Assembly (NCBI GenBank): GCA_963711835.1
Contig: CAVQFQ010000021.1
Location: forward strand, 224,001-288,000
Length of the DNA stretch: 64,000 bases
Direction: 5' to 3'
DNA from: an uncultured delta proteobacterium
GTDB lineage: Bacteria > Desulfobacterota > RBG-13-43-22
The notes beneath the pieces were generated by a model. That model made no database searches, was not told the origin of the DNA, and saw only the letters and a program-made list of their open reading frames with translations. Numbering within the stretch: the stretch's first letter is position 1; the number at the start of each line of letters is the position of its first letter. Below are positions 36,788-47,647 of the stretch, one piece after another. The position numbers were made by a program, and so were the translations under genes.

Positions 36788-37125
36788 TCGGGGATAGTCC
36801 CAAAGTTACCTGATTCTCAAACTGAAGGGGTAGCCTCTTAAAATATTAAATCACCCCAAAGGGCTTCGGGGGTCTTGATTTCAAGGATTGTCCGCCAAAA
36901 CGTCGGCAGCCTGAACCCGGGCAGGAAGTTTATAAGTGGGGTTTAGAAACAGGCCAACACCAAAGCGATTTATCGTCTTGGGTGAATGCCCGGCTCCCAA
37001 CCAACTTAGAAATTCGGGCCGGGTTGGGGCTATGGATTACCATTCGGACAACCTTGGAATCAAGACCCCTGAAGCCCTCGACTAATGGAGTGCTTAAAAA
37101 TCACATAACTTTGGGACAAACTCTA
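36788..37125 (+). mobile_element. Nested-IR MITE-like element (end type B)
   Basis: Ends gggatagtcccaaagtta/taactttgggacaaactcta; inner IR agggcttcgggggtcttgatttcaaggattgtccg/cggacaaccttggaatcaagacccctgaagccct; core nearly identical to copy 1. Confidence 0.88.
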
Positions 37126-37154
37126 AAACCGAGGATTGGGAGAGAGGCTGAGAC

Positions 37155-37379
37155 GTGTTGAACCCCTGGGATGGATTAGGGAAACTCTTGCTGGTATTGG
37201 GTTTGGTCCTGGTTGTTATAGGAGGGAGCATCTTATTGCTCCCGAAAATCCCCTGGCTCGGCAAGTTACCGGGGGATATTTTCATCAAGGGAGAAAAGGT
37301 CAGTTTTTACTTTCCCATCACGACCGGCATCATTATCAGTCTTCTCCTGACCCTCCTATTCGCCCTTTTCAGAAAGTAA
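37155..37379 (+). CDS. DUF2905 family membrane protein
   Basis: WLGKLPGDI...FYFPITT..IISLLL. Confidence 0.88.
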   Translation: MLNPWDGLGKLLLVLGLVLVVIGGSILLLPKIPWLGKLPGDIFIKGEKVSFYFPITTGIIISLLLTLLFALFRK

Positions 37380-37859
37380 TCCCTGATAACGGCCGACGAT
37401 CCGCTGGATAAGCTTCGTGGTGGATATGGAGGGAACTAATTGGATGCGCCTGACCTGGCCGCCGTAAGACCGGACCAGGTCCGCCCCGATAATCTTTTCC
37501 TCCGGCCAGTCCGCCCCCTTAACCAGGATATGAGGTTTAATCGCCTCAATCAGTCGAAAAGGATCCGGCTCATTGAAAAGCACGACATAGGAAACGCATT
37601 CCAGGGCCGCCAGGACCTCGGCCCGGTCGTCTTCGGCCGTCAGGGGTCGGTGGGGCCCTTTAATCTCCCGGACCGAGCGGTCGCTGTTTAAGCCCAGGAT
37701 AAGGCTGTCTCCCAGACTTCGGGCCTCTTTTAGGTAGCGGACATGGCCCACATGAAGAAGATCAAAACAACCGTTGGTAAAAACTATCCTTTGGCCTCGT
37801 TTCCTCAGGTCGGCGGCTATTTCGGCAATCTGATTCTGGGGAATGATCTTGTTTTTCAT
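37356..37859 (-). CDS. rfaE2: D-glycero-beta-D-manno-heptose 1-phosphate adenylyltransferase (RfaE domain II)
   Basis: VFTNGCFDLLHVGHVRYL, GLNSDRSV, LVKGADW, STT; ATGA overlap with comF. Confidence 0.92.
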   Translation of the reverse strand: MKNKIIPQNQIAEIAADLRKRGQRIVFTNGCFDLLHVGHVRYLKEARSLGDSLILGLNSDRSVREIKGPHRPLTAEDDRAEVLAALECVSYVVLFNEPDPFRLIEAIKPHILVKGADWPEEKIIGADLVRSYGGQVRRIQLVPSISTTKLIQRIVGRYQGLLSEKGE

Positions 37860-38581
37860 TCCAGTCCTACCCGGGCCAGGGTCAACACGGAAACCTCCCG
37901 GGCCCCGGCTTTTTTTAGAATCTTGGCGCATTCATTGACCGTGGCCCCGGTGGTAAAGACATCATCCACCAAGAGGATCCTCCGTTTGCGGACTGCGGCC
38001 TGATCCCGGACCGCAAAAGCCCCCCGGACATTTTTTTCCCGCTCTTTGGGATTAAGGTGGACCTGGGGCAGGGTATCCCGAATACGTTTTAAGGCCCTCG
38101 GCAAGATTTCTTTTCCAAGGCTACAGCCGAGAGTCTTCCCCATTAAAAGGGCCTGGTTAAATCCCCTTTCCCGCAACCGGGAGAGATGCAGGGGAACCGG
38201 CACAATGGCATCAAAGGAAAGGTCCCCCAAGTCCATCTCCTTCCAAAACCGGCCCAGCGGTTCGCTGAGGGTGAACTCCTTGTGATATTTAAAGCGATGC
38301 AAGGCCCGGACGATAATGCCCCGGTAAAGGACCACCCCCCTGGCCCAATCGAAATAGTACTTTCCCTTTAAACAATCCGAACAAAGATGCGATAAATTCC
38401 CGGCCGGGTAAGGCAGCCCGCAACCCGGGCAAAAAGGCGGGGTTATCCAATGAATATCCTTTTCGCATCCTTGGCAAAATCCTCCTGGAAAGGCCTCTGA
38501 GGGCCTTCTGAGGGTCTGACACAAGGAGCAGTGGTCTGGGAAAAAGAGGGAAATTAACCCGAACCACCAAGCGGAGGTCAT
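37856..38581 (-). CDS. comF: ComF family protein
   Basis: N-terminal double zinc ribbon; [16 protein letters not shown]; [12 protein letters not shown]. Confidence 0.9.
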   Translation of the reverse strand: MTSAWWFGLISLFFPDHCSLCQTLRRPSEAFPGGFCQGCEKDIHWITPPFCPGCGLPYPAGNLSHLCSDCLKGKYYFDWARGVVLYRGIIVRALHRFKYHKEFTLSEPLGRFWKEMDLGDLSFDAIVPVPLHLSRLRERGFNQALLMGKTLGCSLGKEILPRALKRIRDTLPQVHLNPKEREKNVRGAFAVRDQAAVRKRRILLVDDVFTTGATVNECAKILKKAGAREVSVLTLARVGLE

Positions 38582-39765
38582 GGGATTCTTTCAATCAGGG
38601 CCTGGCCGAATTGGGAGCAGGAGACCTCTACGGCATCCCTTACCTGGCGGGCCAGATCGTAGGTGAAAATACGATCCGAAAAAGTTCGTTCCAGGCCCTG
38701 ATAAAGAACAGCAGCAGCCTCCGGCCAGCCCAGGTGTTCGAAGAGCATGGCCCCGGAAAGGATCAAGGAGCCCGGATTTACCCTGTCCAGACCTGCATAT
38801 TGCGGAGCCGAACCGTGCGTCGCTTCAAATATGGCGCACTCATCGCCCAGATTGGCGCCGGGCGCCATGCCTAACCCCCCCACCTGGGCAGCCAGGGCGT
38901 CCGATAAATAATCCCCGTTCAAATTGGTGGTGGCGATAACCGAATACTCAGCCGGACGCAACAGAACCTGCTGAAACATCATATCGGCAATACGGTCTTT
39001 TATGACGACCTTTGAGCCCCTTTCCCCTTCCGGCCGGCTTTCGGCCTCGGTTGAAGTCCGGTCGGGGAACTCTGTCCGGGCCAATTCATAGCCCCATTCC
39101 CGGAAGGCCCCTTCGGTAAATTTCATGATGTTGCCCTTATGGACCAGCGTCAGACTGGGCTTTTGAAAACGCAGGGCATATTCAATGGCCCGGCGGACCA
39201 GGCGCTGGGTGCCGAACCGGCTGATCGGTTTTATGCCGATCCCGGAGTCTCGAGGCAATTTCTTTCCGGTCTTTTTTTCGATCCAGTCCAGAAGCTCCCC
39301 GGCTTCAGGGCTTTCAGCCGGCCATTCGATACCGGCATAGACGTCCTCGGTATTTTCCCGAAAGATGACCATATTCACCGCTTCCGGATCTCGCATCGGG
39401 CTGGGCACGCCGCTGAAATAGCGAACCGGCCGGAGACAGACATAAAGATCCAGGATCTGTCTCAATTGCACGTTCAGGCTCCGGATACCTTTGCCCACCG
39501 GGGTCGTTAAGGGTCCCTTAAGGGCCACCCCATGTCGGCGAATAGTCTTTAGGCTTTCTTCCGGCAGCCATTCCCCGGTCCGGGCAAAGGCCTTTTCCCC
39601 GGCCGGAACCTCCAGCCATTCGATAGTCCGGCGGCCGGAGTAGGCCTTTTTTAAGGCCGCCTCCAAAACCGGCCGGGAGGCCCTCCATATATCCGGACCG
39701 GTGCCATCCCCTTCAATAAAGGGAACCACGATCTGATCGGTTGTTTCCGTTCTCCAGAAAGGCAT
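38578..39765 (-). CDS. icd: NADP-dependent isocitrate dehydrogenase
   Basis: [53 protein letters not shown]. Confidence 0.96.
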   Translation of the reverse strand: MPFWRTETTDQIVVPFIEGDGTGPDIWRASRPVLEAALKKAYSGRRTIEWLEVPAGEKAFARTGEWLPEESLKTIRRHGVALKGPLTTPVGKGIRSLNVQLRQILDLYVCLRPVRYFSGVPSPMRDPEAVNMVIFRENTEDVYAGIEWPAESPEAGELLDWIEKKTGKKLPRDSGIGIKPISRFGTQRLVRRAIEYALRFQKPSLTLVHKGNIMKFTEGAFREWGYELARTEFPDRTSTEAESRPEGERGSKVVIKDRIADMMFQQVLLRPAEYSVIATTNLNGDYLSDALAAQVGGLGMAPGANLGDECAIFEATHGSAPQYAGLDRVNPGSLILSGAMLFEHLGWPEAAAVLYQGLERTFSDRIFTYDLARQVRDAVEVSCSQFGQALIERIP

Positions 39766-39800
39766 TTTTTACGGTCCTCGACTTAACTCTTAAACAAAAG

Positions 39801-40116
39801 ATCGTTCAGTAAGTTGTGGCACTGGCGTATTATTGCCTTACTGGGGACCGGGGGCCTTGATTTCAAGGCTTGTCCAAAGGGTGATCCTTCCCGCCAATCC
39901 GGCCCAGATTTCTAAGGTTGGTTTAGAGCCGGGCATTCACCCAACCGAACAAACAGCTTTGGTGTAGGCCTACTTAAGGCATTATCGTCAACCTTCCAGT
40001 CCCGCTAAAAGCGGGATTTCAAGGTGAGGAGTTTATGGTGGACAACCTTGAAATCAAGACCCCCGGTCCCCTTCCATCGGGTATCAAAAATATAATGCCA
40101 CAAGCTTCTGAACGAT
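39801..40116 (-). mobile_element. Nested-IR MITE-like element (end type A, inverted, diverged core)
   Basis: Ends atcgttcagtaagttgtggca/tgccacaagcttctgaacgat; arms match copy 1 in reverse orientation. Confidence 0.85.
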
Positions 40117-40290
40117 GCCAACAAAAGGCATCCCAATTTCATAACAAAAGGGCTTCAAGAATACAATCAAATAACCTTTTTTTTTGCCTTAGGGCACTTT
40201 TTGATTAGACTATCAATCCTATTTATGTAAAAATTACAACAAAATAATCGAGATAGCCGTCATGGGTTCGGTTCGGTGTGATTTTAAGAT

Positions 40291-40681
40291 TAGGGATAGT
40301 CCCAAAGTTACGTGATTCTCAAACCGAAGGGGGTGTCTCTTAAAATATTAAATCACCCCAAAGGGCTTCAGGGGTCTTGATTTCAAGGATTGTCCGCCAA
40401 AACGCCGCTAGCCTGACCCCGGGCAGGAAGTTTATAATGGGGTTTAGAAACAGGCCAACACCAAAGCTATTTATCGTCGGCGGGATGAATGCCCGGCTCC
40501 CAACCAACTTAGAAATTCGGGCCGGGTTCTTCGCATCCAAAACAATGCTCAGTCCCACTCCTGCGGAGTGGATCCCAGTTTGGGGCTACGGATTGCCTTT
40601 CGGACAACCTTGAAATCAAGACCCCCGAAGCCCTCTATGAATGGAGTGCTTAAAAATTACGTAACTTTGGGACAAACTCTA
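40291..40681 (+). mobile_element. Nested-IR MITE-like element (end type B) with a 53-bp insert
   Basis: Collinear with 36788-37125 apart from an insertion at 40529-40581; TA at both ends. Confidence 0.88.
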
Positions 40682-40767
40682 AATTTCGGATATTTGAAAC
40701 CCATTTTACTGTGAATAATGCGGGATAACGAGGGAAATTCCAACAAGCCGCTCTATCGGGGGAAGCC

Positions 40768-42795
40768 ATGGTCATAGAAAAAAAGGGGAAGAGCGCATCC
40801 GGTGGCCGGGGATTCTGGGGAAGGATTTTGAACATTCATCTCGATAGCCGGAGGCTGGAATATGAAGAAATTGGGGCTGATGTTTATGGGAAATTTATCG
40901 GGGGTATCGGGCTGGGGGCCAAGGTCCTCTGGGAACGGATGAAGCCCGGTGTTGATCCCCTGGGGCCGGAAAATATGCTCGGATTTACCACCGGCCTTTT
41001 GACCGACACGGGGTCCCTCTTTACCGGACGGTTTATGGTGGTGGGGAAATCACCGGCCACCAATGGCTGGGGGGATGCCAACTGTGGAGGTTATTTTTCT
41101 CCCTTCCTGAAGCGCTGCGGGATCGACGCCGTTTTTTTTCAGGGACAGAGCGAAAGTCCTGTATACCTGCTGGTCAACGATGAAGGTGCCGAAATCAAAG
41201 ACGGCTCCGACCTCTGGGGACTGGATACCATGGAAACCGAGAAGCGTCTCAAAGACCGTCATGGGGCCAGGGCCCAGGTGGCCTGCATCGGACCGGCCGG
41301 GGAAGGCCTGAGTTTTATGGCCGGTGTAGTCAACGACCAGGGCCGGATTGCCGCCCGGGGCGGACTGGGCGCGGTCATGGGATCTAAAAAAGTGAAGGCC
41401 ATTGTGGCGGTCGGGACCCAGCGGATAGGGGTCATAGATTCCAAAAGGGTCCAGGAATTAAGCCGGCAGTTTTTAAAACACCTGGAGAAGGGGCAAAGAT
41501 TAAAACCCCTTTTGGGGGACAGGCTTTTGGGAATCCTGGGTCTGATCACCCGGAAGAGCCGCCTTTATCCCAGGCAGCCGGCGGATCTCTGGCGCCTGCT
41601 TTTAAGCAAGTACGGCACCGCCGGAATCACGGCCCTCAGCGCCGAAAGCGGGGACAGCCCGGTCAGGAACTGGGGCGGGGTAGGCTATAGGGATTTTCCT
41701 TTAAGCCGATCCAAAAAAATCGGTCCGGAAGCGGTCTTGCAGTATGAGGTCAAAAAGTATGGCTGCTATTCCTGCCCCCTGCACTGCGGTGGTATCGTAA
41801 AAGTAACGGACGGCCCCTATCCGATTGAAGAAATGCACAAACCGGAATACGAAAGCCTTTGCGCCCTGGGAACCCTGCTGCTGAATGAGGATCTGCCTTC
41901 CATCTTTAAGATCAACGACCTGGTCAACCGGGCCGGTATGGACACCATCTCCTGCGGTGGGGTGCTGGCCTTTGCCGTGGAGTGTTTTGAAAACGGTCTC
42001 TTGACCAAATCCGATGCGGATGGCTTGGAACTGCGTTGGGGAAATGCCCCGGCCCTGGTAGCCCTGACGGAAAAAATGATCAAACGGGAAGGGCTGGGAG
42101 ATCTCCTGGCCGATGGTGTTAAAAAGGCCGCGGAACGGATCGGAAAGGGCTCGGAACAGTTTGCGGTTCACTGCGGCGGTATGGAGGCGCCCATGCATGA
42201 TCCCAAATTTGATCCCGGGTATGGGATTTCCTATTCCTGTGAGCCCACCCCCGGACGGCACACCATTTCTTCCTATCAATTCTTGGATCTCCAATTTCTG
42301 GAGAAAAAATTCAAAAGGGCCGGGAAGGTTCCCGCCTTGACCACCTATCACCAAAAATATAATTATGAAAACAGAGGGGAGGCCGTGGCCATTGACAGCT
42401 TTTACAAAATGCTCATCGATTGCGCCGGGGCTTGCCTCTTTGGAACCCAAATCAGGGGGGACATCCCGCTTTGCGAATGGATGAACGCCGTTACCGGTTG
42501 GGATCTATCGAATGATGACTATCTGCAGATCGGGGAACGGGTTGAGCAGTTGCGGCATGCCTTCAATATTCGGGAAGGCCTCAACCCGCAAAAGGACTTC
42601 CGGCCCCATCCCCGCCTCACCGGGGACCCGCCCCTGCCCAAAGGCCCGGCCAAGGGTGTTACGCTGGATATGGAAAAGCTGACTCGATCCTTTTACCAGG
42701 CCATGCACTGGGATCTTGAAACCGCAAGGCCGGCCAGGGATCATTTGGAAAAACTCGATCTGGATGAGGTTGTCAGCGTATTATATTCCGATTAA
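40768..42795 (+). CDS. aor: Aldehyde:ferredoxin oxidoreductase (W/Mo AOR family)
   Basis: KSPATNGWGDANCGG, CIGPAGE, ARGGLGAVMGSK, CYSCPLHCG, PEYE, GMDTIS, PMHDP. Confidence 0.9.
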   Translation: MVIEKKGKSASGGRGFWGRILNIHLDSRRLEYEEIGADVYGKFIGGIGLGAKVLWERMKPGVDPLGPENMLGFTTGLLTDTGSLFTGRFMVVGKSPATNGWGDANCGGYFSPFLKRCGIDAVFFQGQSESPVYLLVNDEGAEIKDGSDLWGLDTMETEKRLKDRHGARAQVACIGPAGEGLSFMAGVVNDQGRIAARGGLGAVMGSKKVKAIVAVGTQRIGVIDSKRVQELSRQFLKHLEKGQRLKPLLGDRLLGILGLITRKSRLYPRQPADLWRLLLSKYGTAGITALSAESGDSPVRNWGGVGYRDFPLSRSKKIGPEAVLQYEVKKYGCYSCPLHCGGIVKVTDGPYPIEEMHKPEYESLCALGTLLLNEDLPSIFKINDLVNRAGMDTISCGGVLAFAVECFENGLLTKSDADGLELRWGNAPALVALTEKMIKREGLGDLLADGVKKAAERIGKGSEQFAVHCGGMEAPMHDPKFDPGYGISYSCEPTPGRHTISSYQFLDLQFLEKKFKRAGKVPALTTYHQKYNYENRGEAVAIDSFYKMLIDCAGACLFGTQIRGDIPLCEWMNAVTGWDLSNDDYLQIGERVEQLRHAFNIREGLNPQKDFRPHPRLTGDPPLPKGPAKGVTLDMEKLTRSFYQAMHWDLETARPARDHLEKLDLDEVVSVLYSD

Positions 42796-42807
42796 AGAGG
42801 TGAATAA

Positions 42808-44022
42808 ATGAAAGAGAACGAAGTGGTCATCGTATCGGCGGTCCGCACCCCTTTTGGAAAATTTGGGGGAGCCCTGCGGGATTTCCGGTCCATTGATTTG
42901 GGGGCCTTGGTCATCAAAGAGTGCCTTAAACGGGCAGCGGTAGAGCCGGCGGAGGTTGAAGAAGTGAACTATGGTCTTTCCGTCATCTTAGAGGCCGGAT
43001 TGGAGACGGACGTTCCGGCTCGGCAGGCCACCCTCTTGGCGGGATTTCCTCCGGAAAGTATTTCCCTTACCGTGAACCGGGCCTGCTGCTCTTCCCTCTC
43101 GGCCCTGCGGCTCGGTTATCGAGCCATCCGCTCCGGGGAGATCGAGGTGGCCTTGGCCGTGGGTTCGGACAATATGGGCCGGGCCCCCCTCATTGCTCCC
43201 AACCTGCGCTGGGGAAGCCGACTGGGCAATGTCGTGCTGAAGGATCCCCTCTTTGAGCTGGGCTATCCGGATTTCCCTCCCCTGGCCGTAGATGCCGGAG
43301 AGGTAGCCGTGGAGTACGGCATCAGCCGCCAAGAACAGGACGAATGGGCCTTGAGGAGCCATCAGCGCTATTTTCAAGCCTTGGAGCAGGGCAAGTTCAA
43401 AGTGGGGGAAGAGCTCATGGCCGTAGAGATTCCTCAGAAAAAGGGACCTGCCCTGCAATTTACTCAGGATGAATCTCCCCGGGCGGAAACGACCCTGGAG
43501 CATCTGGCCAAGCTGCCGACCATTTACGGAAGCCCGACCGTGACCCCGGGAAATGCCCCGGGTCTCAGCACCGGGGCTACGGCCATACTCATTATGAGCG
43601 CGCGGAAAGCCCGGGAAAAAGGGCTCAAACCTTTGGCCACCCTGGTTTCCTCTGTGGCCACGGCCATGAACGCCCGCTATATTGCTGTCATCCCGGCCCC
43701 TACCCTATTAAAGGCCATTGAAAAGGCGGACCGGAAAATCGAGAATATGGACCTCATCGAAATTAACGAAGCCTTTGCCGCCATGCCGCTGGTGAGCACC
43801 AAGATCCTGGCGGCCGAGGATGGCCGCCTCCTGGAAAATTTGCGGGAGAAGACCAATGTGAATGGGGGTGCCATTGCCATCGGTCATCCGGTGGGGGCCA
43901 GTGCCCTGCGCATTACCATGACCATGATGTATGAGCTGCATCGACGCGGAGGCGGATACGGAGCAGCGGCGATCTGCGGCGGTCTGGCTCAGGGAGAAGG
44001 CATTGTCATCAAGGTCGGTTGA
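42808..44022 (+). CDS. Thiolase (acetyl-CoA acetyltransferase family)
   Basis: RTPFGKFGG, NRACCSS, EINEAFA, NVNGGAIAIGHPVGAS, ICGGLAQG. Confidence 0.93.
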   Translation: MKENEVVIVSAVRTPFGKFGGALRDFRSIDLGALVIKECLKRAAVEPAEVEEVNYGLSVILEAGLETDVPARQATLLAGFPPESISLTVNRACCSSLSALRLGYRAIRSGEIEVALAVGSDNMGRAPLIAPNLRWGSRLGNVVLKDPLFELGYPDFPPLAVDAGEVAVEYGISRQEQDEWALRSHQRYFQALEQGKFKVGEELMAVEIPQKKGPALQFTQDESPRAETTLEHLAKLPTIYGSPTVTPGNAPGLSTGATAILIMSARKAREKGLKPLATLVSSVATAMNARYIAVIPAPTLLKAIEKADRKIENMDLIEINEAFAAMPLVSTKILAAEDGRLLENLREKTNVNGGAIAIGHPVGASALRITMTMMYELHRRGGGYGAAAICGGLAQGEGIVIKVG

Positions 44023-44435
44023 CAAAAAGATCAGTTCAAAGATCCCTTCCGTATTATTTGCTTAGGCGCTGAGTAAATCGGGGATTCCGATTGCTTAACG
44101 TAGCTATTCGTCCTTTCGACCATTGCTTGAATCAACATTCAGAGGCACACATGTTGGCTTCCACCACTTACGTATACGCTGTCAAGGAGGACATTAAATA
44201 ATTTTATTGCCTATGGACTCTGCTCACCATTGAGTCGGTTTTGAAAAGGCTGAACCTCAGAAAAAATTAAATAGCACCATTGTTTATGATAATCCTGACC
44301 AAGCCTTGCATAGCTATCAGACTACCCCCATTGAAAAGGTTTTTATCCCTCAAAGGAGTTGTGATTTGGTTCTAAAAATCGTTCCACCGTTTCCAAAAAC
44401 ATATGTATTTACCAAGATGATTAATCGAAGAAAAT

Positions 44436-45968
44436 TTAAGTGTACCTTGAAATATTAGGACTGGAGCTATACATTGCCTTCACCTTTTCTCGGTCGATGG
44501 CCCCATCTTCCCTTTTCGGAAGCAAATCGACAAAAGAGACATAGCCTGGTTTTTTATAGCGGGCGATCCTTGCTGCTACAAAATCGATCAATTCCTGTTC
44601 TGATAATCTCGAATTCTGTTTTAAGACACAAACGGCCTTGATCCCCTCACCAAACTTTGGATCAGGTACTCCAATTACCGAAACTTCCAGTACGCCAGGA
44701 TGTTGAAGAATCACTTTTTCGACTTCCACTGGATAAACATTCTCTCCACCAGGTTTGATCAACTCCTTTTCAGCTTTTCTTCCTACAAAAAAGAGATAGC
44801 CGTCCCCATCGAGACGACCTGTATCTCCTGTATGATGCCAGCCTTCCCTAAAAGTATATTGTGTGAGCTCGTTTTGTCTCCAGTATCCTTGGAATACAAG
44901 GGGTCCCCGAATCACGATATCTCCTGTTTTCCCTACCTCAACCTCACGGTCAAATTCGTCCACAATCTTTAAATCAACCAGGGGACCCTGTTTTCCAGCC
45001 GAACGTGGTCTTTCCTTGTTTGAACAAATGCAAGTGAGTCCCATGGTCTCTGTCTGACCGTAGGCCAGCCAGAATTGACCATGACCAAGGCTCTCAAACC
45101 TCTTCACCGTTTCAGGCAATTCCACACCGATGACATGCTTCAGAGATGAAAGCGAACATCCTCCTTTCTCTTTTTCATCAACCAATTGGGCCAGAATAGG
45201 AGGAAAGTCGCCGATGAGGGTCACTTTCTCCTGATCGATCAATTTACCTGAAGCCTTCGGATCAAATTTTGAAACGACCACATTCTTTCCTCCTACATGC
45301 ACCATTGTCAGACCAGCCACCAAACCTACAATGTGAAATAGGGGGAGAATGTTCAGATAAGCATCATCGCGTGCCAGACCAACAACCTGAGCGACTTGGA
45401 TCAAACAGGAAATGAGGTTTCGGTGACTAATGAGGGATCCTCGAGGTTCACCTTGTGTGGCAGCAGTGTGAATGATGACAACCGGATCTTCATCCCTTAA
45501 TTCGACCGCATCACCTGGTTTATTTTTCAGGAGAGAATCGAAAGGAAAATAATTTCCTTTTGAGGATCCCAAAATGATGGCTTCCCTTAATGACGGACAG
45601 GCAGATGAAATTTCGGAAATCATCTGCTCGAATTCTGGGTCAAAAAAGAGCATCACTGGCTCTATATCTAAAAAGATATATTTCATCTCATCGGTTGATA
45701 GACGGAAATTGATAGGGACCATAATTGCGCCCAAAGCGGCGATGCTCCCCATTAAGGTAAAGAATTGAGGACAGTTCCGGCTCAAGACAACGATTCGATC
45801 TCCCTTAGCGATCCCTCTGGAACCGAACCAACCTGTCAATGCATTTATCTGGTCAAACAGTTCACCAAAAGTGATCCCCTGGCCATCAAACAGCAGGGCT
45901 ATCTCCCCTTTATATAATCGAGCACTTCTCTTAAAAAGGTCATAAATGGTGAAATTGCGAAGATTCAT
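44436..45968 (-). CDS. AMP-dependent acyl-CoA ligase
   Basis: IIHTAATQGEPRG, YGQTET, WHHTGD, IKPGGENVYP, ARYKKP. Confidence 0.9.
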   Translation of the reverse strand: MNLRNFTIYDLFKRSARLYKGEIALLFDGQGITFGELFDQINALTGWFGSRGIAKGDRIVVLSRNCPQFFTLMGSIAALGAIMVPINFRLSTDEMKYIFLDIEPVMLFFDPEFEQMISEISSACPSLREAIILGSSKGNYFPFDSLLKNKPGDAVELRDEDPVVIIHTAATQGEPRGSLISHRNLISCLIQVAQVVGLARDDAYLNILPLFHIVGLVAGLTMVHVGGKNVVVSKFDPKASGKLIDQEKVTLIGDFPPILAQLVDEKEKGGCSLSSLKHVIGVELPETVKRFESLGHGQFWLAYGQTETMGLTCICSNKERPRSAGKQGPLVDLKIVDEFDREVEVGKTGDIVIRGPLVFQGYWRQNELTQYTFREGWHHTGDTGRLDGDGYLFFVGRKAEKELIKPGGENVYPVEVEKVILQHPGVLEVSVIGVPDPKFGEGIKAVCVLKQNSRLSEQELIDFVAARIARYKKPGYVSFVDLLPKREDGAIDREKVKAMYSSSPNISRYT

Positions 45969-46010
45969 TCTATCCTCCCTGATTCACAAGATTTCAAAAG
46001 CCAGCCACTT

Positions 46011-46430
46011 TCACTCAGTTTTTGATTTGCGCACAAAATTCCAGGCGGTGGCTACCATGCCCAACGCACCTGTCACTATCCCGATAAGCAATAGAATTGG
46101 TTTCATCAACACTACGCATGGCATATCAGGATTCATACAGACTCCGATAAGGGCTGTGGGGAAAAGGATAATAAAAACTCCCATAATAAGCGCCAAAATG
46201 GAAAGGAACCTTCTTGATTCTAATTTGTGGCTGATAAAGAGAAAGAAACCAACTGCTAATAGCAATACCCCTATCCCGATCTCCGCCCGCGCCGTCCATA
46301 AGCACTTCATAGGAATGCCCCCACCAGCGGGGAGTTGAATAGCCCTCCCGTGAGCCTGGCAGGTGTAAAAAGAAGGAACAAAAATCGTAATTAGTCCCGC
46401 AAGCATCAATACGATTGCAATTATCTTCAT
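46011..46430 (-). CDS. DUF4418 family membrane protein
   Basis: TM segments with PMKCLWTARAE and LIGVCMNPDMPC. Confidence 0.8.
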   Translation of the reverse strand: MKIIAIVLMLAGLITIFVPSFYTCQAHGRAIQLPAGGGIPMKCLWTARAEIGIGVLLLAVGFFLFISHKLESRRFLSILALIMGVFIILFPTALIGVCMNPDMPCVVLMKPILLLIGIVTGALGMVATAWNFVRKSKTE

Positions 46431-46477
46431 CGTTAATCCCTCCTATGAATCCACTTAATTGTTTAGAAAATATCCTC

Positions 46478-46575
46478 TAAAAAATCTTGCCTCCCTTGGC
46501 GGAAGGGCACGAAGGGGAGGGAGAGCCAAATATAATCACCCCCACCCACACCTTCCTCCACCAAGGGGGGAGAGT
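46478..46575. repeat. Degenerate REP-like palindromic pair
   Basis: cctcccttggcggaaggg...ggggagggag and cacccccacccacaccttcctccaccaagggggga. Confidence 0.5.
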
Positions 46576-46612
46576 GATAGTCTTTATTTTCGTATTTCGT
46601 GCCTCCCTTCTG

Positions 46613-47647
46613 TTAACGCATCTCCGGAGGAAGAAGCCTATCGGGAACTTTCAGCCCCAGCTCACGATAAAACCTGACAGCCCCTCTGTGTAATGGGAAG
46701 GGGCCGTGCTCCAAAGTGAGCCTCGGAAAAGCGATAATGTCTTGCTTCATGGGTCTGTAACTGGCAGAAACGTCCCACACATCCTGCCACACCGCCTTGA
46801 TAAGACTATAAGCAGCTTCCGAGGCTAGATCCTGTCTTGCGTAATAACCCATCATTAAGCCAAAAGTGACGACACTCTTCTCCTGCCCTGGATAAGCTCT
46901 ATCCTTGATTACGGTCTGTGGATACGTTAGACCACTCCCTTTGTAGCGCTGACCGGCTTTAGCCAGTTCTGATTCCGTAATCTCCAAGACAGTAAACGGG
47001 CGACGCTCATTGCATTCTGACAGTAGAAGTTCATCGGGGCTGTATTGTATAAAACCAGCAAGTCTGCCATGCTTATAAAGGTCAACTTGAGCTTTTAAGG
47101 AGTCGCGACTCCATTGAGGTTTGATATTGAGCGCCTCAAGGAGCTTGGTGGCTTTGAAGTCTGCCATATCCTCTCTGCCGCCATTACCATAAGCTTTGCC
47201 TTTGAGTGCGGATATAGACTTAATGCCGGTATCCGTAGCTACCAAGAATGAAACCGGAAGGATACCCATCACCCAAAGCAATCTGAGCTGAGGATGGGGC
47301 TTTCCGTTCCAAGGAAAAAAGCCATAATACGCTTGGGCTGCTTCGTCAAGGCTTATCCCGCAAAAATCATAACGCTCGATGTCCTTTATGACTTCAGCTG
47401 TTCCACCTGTGTTCTCAACAAAAACAACGTCAAATTCCGGCCGATACATTTTCACAGCTCGCATGACAGATCTTGAGAGTGCATTCATTCCGTCATTGGC
47501 GGCGAGACCGGCGCCAAAGTTGATCTTAGTCTGCTTTTCTATTTTTGATTCTTGCTTGCAGCCGACAGCTGAAATAATAACAGTTGATAAAAGCAAATAA
47601 ACTACTCCAGCCAAACAGACAAACCTTGCCATTCCGCTTTGTCTCAT
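46613..47647 (-). CDS. TAXI-type TRAP substrate-binding lipoprotein (divergent)
   Basis: Lipobox AVGC; NTGGTAE, LRLLW, YPGQ, PLHRGAVRFYRELG. Confidence 0.8.
   Translation of the reverse strand: MRQSGMARFVCLAGVVYLLLSTVIISAVGCKQESKIEKQTKINFGAGLAANDGMNALSRSVMRAVKMYRPEFDVVFVENTGGTAEVIKDIERYDFCGISLDEAAQAYYGFFPWNGKPHPQLRLLWVMGILPVSFLVATDTGIKSISALKGKAYGNGGREDMADFKATKLLEALNIKPQWSRDSLKAQVDLYKHGRLAGFIQYSPDELLLSECNERRPFTVLEITESELAKAGQRYKGSGLTYPQTVIKDRAYPGQEKSVVTFGLMMGYYARQDLASEAAYSLIKAVWQDVWDVSASYRPMKQDIIAFPRLTLEHGPFPLHRGAVRFYRELGLKVPDRLLPPEMR

Noticed and set aside
44030-44430. Possible ncRNA or gene remnant at the island's left edge
   Set aside because: No convincing structure, repeat or reading frame could be identified.
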